Shown: positions 58,525 through 64,000 of the stretch, piece by piece | Layout of the letters: every line of letters starts with the position of its first letter | Numbering within the stretch: the stretch's first letter is position 1 | Assembly (NCBI GenBank): GCA_016931155.1 | Contig: JAFGFJ010000006.1 | Coordinates: 13,115-77,114 of the forward strand | DNA from: Candidatus Dojkabacteria bacterium | GTDB taxonomy: Bacteria > Patescibacteriota > Dojkabacteria > B142 > JAFGFJ01 | Length of the DNA stretch: 64,000 bases | Reading direction: 5' to 3' | Made by a program: the position numbers and the translations under genes | Notes under the pieces: model-generated | Seen by the model: only the letters and a program-made list of their open reading frames with translations | What the model was told of the DNA's origin: nothing | The model's database searches: none

Positions 58525-59904
58525 ATGAATATAGATGACCTGTGGAAAACCGCCCTTGCCCAGATAGAAGTAAAACTCGATTCTCCTGCCCAATATCAGA
58601 CATGGTTTAGAGACACCAAGCTCGTCGAAATTGACGGGAAAAAAGCAGTGATCGGAGTAAAAAATTCCTACGCTTCTGACTGGCTGAAGAAAAAACATAA
58701 TATTCTGATCAAAGACACTCTCTCTTACGTTTACGGAAAAGACCTTGATCCAACATATGAAGTAATAAGAGAAAAAGGGCAGTCAGAAAAACAGACAGAG
58801 GTTGTTCCGGAGAATGCACCACTTCTTGGAGTACAACAGGGAATGGATATGGAGCTTCGAAATATTATTAAAAAGTCCGGAATAAACGAGAAATACAGCT
58901 TTGCAAACTTTGTAGTTGCAGATTCGAATAGAATCGCACACGCCGCCGCAATGTCTGTAGCTGAAGGGAAGGCCAAAAACTATAACCCTCTCTATATTCA
59001 CGGATCGACAGGACTTGGGAAAACTCACATTGGACAAGCGGTCGGTCGATCAATTTTGGAAAAAGATCCAAACAAGAAAGTAATCTACGTTACAAGTGAA
59101 GGTTTTTTAAATGACATGGTCAGATCGATCCGGGAAGGTAAAGCAATGGATTTCCGTACAAAATACAGGACAGTAGACATATTTATAATTGACGACATTC
59201 AACTCATATCAAAATGGGTGGAAACACAAGGAGAATTTTTCAATACTTTTAACGAACTTGCAAACAACAACAAACAGGTAGTTCTGATTTCAGACAGAGC
59301 CCCGGAGTATATTGAAAACATTGAGGCACGGCTGAGATCAAGATTCCAGGGAGGAATTGTTGTAGATATTTCAAAGCCCGACCTTGAAACAAGAAAAGCT
59401 ATTCTCCTGAGAAAATCAACAGAATTTGGAATAGAGATAGAAGAAAAGACTGTGGATTATGTAGCTGAGATAATAACAGACAATGTCAGAGAGCTTGAAG
59501 GAGCACTCCAAAAAATTGCTCTCTACAGCACGATGTCTGAAGATGAACTCTCCCTTGAGGAGATAGCAAGGATACTTGGGAAAGATACAAAATCAAAGCA
59601 GGAAAGGGTTAAAGTACCAAATGTTCTTAAAAGAGTCGCAAAAGAGTATGGAATTACCGTAAAAGACATAAAGGGGCCAAAAAGAACTGCAGAAATTGCT
59701 TTCGCAAGACAGATAGCAATGTATATCCTTCGTGAGGAATTCAATTACAAGCTGGAAAGAGTTGCAGAATTCCTGGAGAGAAAGGATCACACAACTGTTA
59801 TTCACGCTGTAGATAAAGTTAGAAGCAAAATGCTCCTTGAAGAGGGTTTTAAGGATCAGCTGCAAATGATAATTTCTGAACTTCAAAATTCGGAAGAAAT
59901 ATAA
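58525..59904 (+). CDS. dnaA: Replication initiator DnaA
   Basis: YNPLYIHGSTGLGKTH, IDDIQ, RELEGAL, KDHTTVIHA. Confidence 0.98.
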   Translation: MNIDDLWKTALAQIEVKLDSPAQYQTWFRDTKLVEIDGKKAVIGVKNSYASDWLKKKHNILIKDTLSYVYGKDLDPTYEVIREKGQSEKQTEVVPENAPLLGVQQGMDMELRNIIKKSGINEKYSFANFVVADSNRIAHAAAMSVAEGKAKNYNPLYIHGSTGLGKTHIGQAVGRSILEKDPNKKVIYVTSEGFLNDMVRSIREGKAMDFRTKYRTVDIFIIDDIQLISKWVETQGEFFNTFNELANNNKQVVLISDRAPEYIENIEARLRSRFQGGIVVDISKPDLETRKAILLRKSTEFGIEIEEKTVDYVAEIITDNVRELEGALQKIALYSTMSEDELSLEEIARILGKDTKSKQERVKVPNVLKRVAKEYGITVKDIKGPKRTAEIAFARQIAMYILREEFNYKLERVAEFLERKDHTTVIHAVDKVRSKMLLEEGFKDQLQMIISELQNSEEI

Positions 59905-60188
59905 GAATATAAGAAAAATACAAGAAAAATATCATTTCCAAAAGAGCTCCCCTGTCCCCATTTTATCGACATTTTGTTTCCACAAAATACCTGATCTAGT
60001 CAAATGTAAAATATCGAGCAGCTGGAGAAGCGGATTTCAGTTTACTAAAGTAGCTTATCCAAATATCCTTCCACATACTAAAAATTATGTCAGAGCTTGT
60101 AATTAAACACTTTTCAAAATACAATACACATATACACAAACTCTACTACCATTTCTACTATTTTTAATAAACGTAAATATTATTAGCA
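59905..60188. other. Probable oriC
   Basis: dnaA-dnaN spacer with near-consensus boxes TTATCGACA 59963, GTTTCCACA 59976, TTATCCAAA 60055, ATATACACA 60130 and AT-rich end; + strand looks more G/T-rich to the right. Confidence 0.75.
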
Positions 60189-61316
60189 ATGAAAGTTTCA
60201 GTTCTTCAGGAAAATTTGTCAAAAGCTCTTGCTCACGTTACAAAAGCTGTTACAAACAAGCCAAGTATTCCCGTTTTATCTAATGTGCTTATTGAGGCAA
60301 AAAAGGGAAAGATTAAGTTGTCTGCAACTGATCTTGAGATTGGGATTAATATGTGGATTGGAGGAGATGTAATAATAGAAGGTAGTGTAACGGTTTCAGC
60401 ACGTCTTATTGCTGAATTTGTTGGTTCATTAAAACCCGGGAAACTCAATCTTGTTCTGGAGAAAAATCTTTTTAAGATTGAATCTGAAGATAATAGTGCA
60501 GAATTTACAATTATTCCTGCAGATGAATTTCCTCTTGTTCCGATGATAGAAGGGGAACCTCTTATAGTGCTAAATGCAGTAGAATTTGCGGACGGAATAT
60601 CACAGGTGACATTTGCGACAGCAAAAGATGATTCCAGACCTGTTCTTACAGGCGTCCTTTTTGAGTCAACTGAGAGGCATTTGGGAATGGTTGGGGTTGA
60701 TGGATTTAGACTTTCAAAGAGGAATCTGAAATTAGAAAAAGGTCCTAAGCTGGATTTCTTACAAATAATTCCCGCAAAAGCACTTGATGAACTCTCTAAT
60801 ATTGTCAAGGATATTGCTACTGATAAAGATAGTATGGAAATTTTCCTTCTGGACGACAAAAACCAGATACTTTTTGTTATTGATGATGTTCAACTTTCAA
60901 CAAGGCTTATTGAAGGAAAATTTCCTGATTACAAAACAATTATGCCGAAAGAGAACACCTACAAATTTGATATCTTAAAAGAAGAACTAGCAGCAACAGT
61001 GAGGATTGCAGGTATTTTTGCGCGGAACGTAATTGGTAACAAGACAAGATTTTTAATAAATCCCGAGAAAAAGAAACTTACACTTACAGCGTCTGTTATT
61101 GATGTAGGACAAAACGAAAGCACAGCAAGCTTAATTGAGGTGGAAGGAGATAGACTTGAAACTGCTTATAATGCAAAGTTTTTATCTGATATGTTAAATT
61201 CGATAAAAGGAGAAGAAATAATTTTCGAGACGAACGGAGTAACAGCTCCTGGTGTATTCAGAGATAAGGATGATAAGGATTTCGTGCATATTATTATGCC
61301 GATGAGGATTGATTAA
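60189..61316 (+). CDS. dnaN: DNA polymerase III beta clamp
   Basis: ATDLE, SRPVLTGV, DGFRL, LIEGKFPDY, IIMPMR. Confidence 0.97.
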   Translation: MKVSVLQENLSKALAHVTKAVTNKPSIPVLSNVLIEAKKGKIKLSATDLEIGINMWIGGDVIIEGSVTVSARLIAEFVGSLKPGKLNLVLEKNLFKIESEDNSAEFTIIPADEFPLVPMIEGEPLIVLNAVEFADGISQVTFATAKDDSRPVLTGVLFESTERHLGMVGVDGFRLSKRNLKLEKGPKLDFLQIIPAKALDELSNIVKDIATDKDSMEIFLLDDKNQILFVIDDVQLSTRLIEGKFPDYKTIMPKENTYKFDILKEELAATVRIAGIFARNVIGNKTRFLINPEKKKLTLTASVIDVGQNESTASLIEVEGDRLETAYNAKFLSDMLNSIKGEEIIFETNGVTAPGVFRDKDDKDFVHIIMPMRID

Positions 61317-61385
61317 AATATTCTGTATGTAATTTTGTACACTTCCCTTCCACTTTGTTTATGTAGAAGCTACAATCCTTTTAGT

Positions 61386-62513
61386 ATGGTCTTTGAGGTT
61401 ATTTCTGAAGATAAAAAGAAAAGCTGGAATTCTTTTGTGGATAATTCTCTGTACGGAGATATTCTGCAGTATTGGCAGTGGGGAGAAACCAAGCGTGGCG
61501 AGGGTTGGAACCCAGTTCGTGTGTGGGTAAGAAGTCCACAAGAGAAAAATCAGGTTATCCTCATTTGTGCACAGATCCTGATTAAAAAAGTCCCCTTTCT
61601 AGGGAATTATATGTACATTCCGCATGGTCCCCTTTTCCTTCCAGGTTTAAATCTTGCAGAGGCGCGAGCCGCTCTAAAAACGTTTATTGAAGAGTTAAAG
61701 AAAATGGCAAAAGAAAGTGGCAGTTTTGCAATTGAGATTGAGCCGAAGATTGGGGAGTATGTTTCCGGTGTTGGAGAAATGAGTGATGGGCTTAGACATT
61801 TTACGGATGAAAGGCTTATTAATCTTTTTGAAAATTCGGGGTTTAAAAAGACAGGTAGAAATTTGCAACCGAAATATAAACTGCTTTACGATCTCTCAAA
61901 ATCAGATGAAGAGCTTCTCAATTATATGAAGAAAAATACGCGCTACAACGTGCGCTATGCCGAGAAGCATGGAGTGGAAGTTGTTGAGACAAAATTTTCA
62001 GATCCAAAGGCAAAGGAAAAATTTGAGAAATTCTATGAACTTCTGAAAGAAATGCAAAAACGCACAAAGGGTTATCCTGTACGTCCAAAGAGCTCTTTTA
62101 TGAGACTATTGAAAGAATTTTCGAAGACGCATAATCTTGTTTTTATTGAGGTGAAGCACAATAAAGAGACACTTGCTATGAATATTACTCAAAGGACAAG
62201 TAATTGGGCTGCAAGTTTTTATGCCGGTTCTACAAGGATCAAGTCAAATCTCAAGGCGACTTATCTTATGAGATGGGCATCAATTCAGAGTGCGAGAAGA
62301 TTTGGGAGCAAAGTATATGACTTCTGGGGATTTATTCCGAATTCAAAACAACACGAGGGGTACTCTGACAATAAATTAAGCTTTGGGGGAACAAGAATTG
62401 ATCATGTCGGGATAATGGGGCTACCTTTGAACAAAATTAAATATAGTCTTTGGAATTTGATGGTACCGGCAAGGAGGATTTTGTATGAAGCTATGCGTAT
62501 ATTAAAAAAATAA
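61386..62513 (+). CDS. FemABX/MurM-family peptidoglycan bridge transferase
   Basis: LQYWQWG, YIPHGP, MKKNTRYNVR, YDFWG, KLSFGG. Confidence 0.88.
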   Translation: MVFEVISEDKKKSWNSFVDNSLYGDILQYWQWGETKRGEGWNPVRVWVRSPQEKNQVILICAQILIKKVPFLGNYMYIPHGPLFLPGLNLAEARAALKTFIEELKKMAKESGSFAIEIEPKIGEYVSGVGEMSDGLRHFTDERLINLFENSGFKKTGRNLQPKYKLLYDLSKSDEELLNYMKKNTRYNVRYAEKHGVEVVETKFSDPKAKEKFEKFYELLKEMQKRTKGYPVRPKSSFMRLLKEFSKTHNLVFIEVKHNKETLAMNITQRTSNWAASFYAGSTRIKSNLKATYLMRWASIQSARRFGSKVYDFWGFIPNSKQHEGYSDNKLSFGGTRIDHVGIMGLPLNKIKYSLWNLMVPARRILYEAMRILKK

Positions 62514-62521
62514 TTTACAAA

Positions 62522-63790
62522 ATGACCAAACCAATCTTTATCGCTGCCTCACCAAATACTCAAAAAGATGATGTGTGCCTAGCCTTCAAACAGCTTCTTT
62601 GGCCTTTTGGTTGGTATTCAAAAAAGCCAGTTAAAGAATTTGAGGGAGCAGTTCAGGACTATCTCGGACTTAAAAATGCGATTGCTGTTGACAGTGCGCG
62701 CTCAGCCTTTTATCTTACTCTTAAAGCTCTTGGAATAGGTTTCGGAGATGAGGTACTTCTTCCCTCTTTTACATGTGTCGTGATTGTGAATCCGGTTCTC
62801 TGGGTTGGAGCAAAACCCGTTTTCGTGGACATTAATAGAAAGAATTTTAATATTGACTTTTCTGACCTTGAGAAAAAGGTAACGCCGAAGACAAAAGCAA
62901 TTCTAGTACAACACACTTTCGGAATTCCCGTTGAGATGGAGAAAGTGACTGCTTTTGCAAAAAAACACAATTTGAAAATAATTGAAGACCTTGCTCACTC
63001 AATTGGAGGAAAGTACAAGGGGAAAACACTTGGAACTTTTGGTGACGCCTCTGTTCTAACTTTCGGAATTGAAAAAGTGATATCTACCGTAAGAGGTGGA
63101 ATGGTTGTAACCAATGATCGTAATCTCGCTCAGAAATTGAGGGAGAAAGTAAGTAGTTGCCCAAGGATGGGGCTGTACCGTACGTTTACTTCTCTATTCA
63201 ATCCTGTCTTCTGGGTAATCACTAAGCCTCTTTATTATCTGGGAATCAAAAAAATTACTCTTGGAAGGTTTTTTATTGCTATCAGCAGACTTATGAATGC
63301 AACAGGTCAGATGATTGAGAAGGAGGAATATGCCGGGCAGAAACCGGGATTTATTCCATCAAAAATGCCCGGTACTCTTGCTAAACTTGGTCTTAATCAA
63401 ATGAAAAAGCTTGAGAAATACAACAAGCACAGAAAGCAGATAGGGAATCTGTATTTTGAGAAATTATCAAAAATAGCGTCAAGTGAAATCATATACTATT
63501 ATCCAAAAAAAATGAGTGAGTGTTCTCTTCTTCGCTATCCGATACTTGTGAAAAATCCGGATCTGATCCACGCAAAAGCCAAGAAAAATCGTATAATCCT
63601 TGGAAACTGGTATGAGAGAATGTTCCACATCCCCGTGGAAAATCTTGAGCTTATTGGATACAAAAAAGAAACTGCAAAAAATGCCGAGTGGGTTGCAAGG
63701 CATATTATTAACCTGCCAATTTATTGGGCTATTAATGAAAAAAGCGTTATTGCAATAAGTCAAATTATATGTGGTAAAACTGCAGCATAA
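62522..63790 (+). CDS. DegT/DnrJ/EryC1/StrS aminotransferase family protein
   Basis: SARSA, PSFTC, QHTFG, IIEDLAH, K..STVRGG. Confidence 0.9.
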   Translation: MTKPIFIAASPNTQKDDVCLAFKQLLWPFGWYSKKPVKEFEGAVQDYLGLKNAIAVDSARSAFYLTLKALGIGFGDEVLLPSFTCVVIVNPVLWVGAKPVFVDINRKNFNIDFSDLEKKVTPKTKAILVQHTFGIPVEMEKVTAFAKKHNLKIIEDLAHSIGGKYKGKTLGTFGDASVLTFGIEKVISTVRGGMVVTNDRNLAQKLREKVSSCPRMGLYRTFTSLFNPVFWVITKPLYYLGIKKITLGRFFIAISRLMNATGQMIEKEEYAGQKPGFIPSKMPGTLAKLGLNQMKKLEKYNKHRKQIGNLYFEKLSKIASSEIIYYYPKKMSECSLLRYPILVKNPDLIHAKAKKNRIILGNWYERMFHIPVENLELIGYKKETAKNAEWVARHIINLPIYWAINEKSVIAISQIICGKTAA

Positions 63791-63884
63791 ATTTAGCTTA
63801 ACCTGCTCTAAAGCTGCTTGCGGAATCTTCTGAGTGTTAGTGAGAAAATTATCAAGATGTATTCTGCAATACTTTAGATTATTT

Positions 63885-64000
63885 CTATTCCTCCCCCGTC
63901 AAGTCATATACTTCTGCTCCTGCCGAGTACTTCTTCAATACTCCAATTGCTGTTATAGCATCCTGTTTTTTTTCATGTGGTTCGGTTACAAATACAAGTC
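63885..64000 (-). CDS. 3' end of an unidentified gene entering from the window edge
   Basis: Open frame ...TEPHEKKQDAITAIGVLKKYSAGAEVYDLTGEE-stop. Confidence 0.4.
   Translation of the reverse strand, partial: LVFVTEPHEKKQDAITAIGVLKKYSAGAEVYDLTGEE

Overview
Chromosomal window around the replication origin of a low-GC bacterium. Gene content and style suggest Patescibacteria/CPR, possibly Dojkabacteria-like; this is inference only (AT-rich Shine-Dalgarno-poor leaders, C-terminally short ValRS, PilN/PilO-like genes, tRNA-Arg(GCG)). The backbone carries a Lon-like AAA+ gene (partial), rplY, jag, yidC, valS with a T-box-like leader, tatD, metG, nfo, rpmH-rnpA, rpsG-rpsL-rpoC-rpoB, trxB, yidD, dnaA-oriC-dnaN, three tRNAs and a 472-nt tmRNA with a 31-aa tag. 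There are two accessory regions. (1) An ~8.3-kb serine-recombinase element (10291-18579) sits in the tmRNA 3' end, next to an older att-bounded segment (8430-10301). Its att core lies inside the recombinase gene, so excision would swap the enzyme's C-terminus. Cargo: a type II R-M system, a structured leader RNA, an 11-bp-periodic repeat field, and an HTH-Panacea / small RNA / 317-aa protein / 42-aa basic peptide module, which is the best candidate for an undescribed toxin-antitoxin or defence system. (2) An integrase-less ~3.5-kb islet at tRNA-Ser(GCT) carries a C-protein/NgoPII-like R-M system and a 3-TM protein coupled to a 42-aa peptide ending in KGG. No CRISPR array or rRNA was seen. All family assignments come from motif recognition, not database searches.
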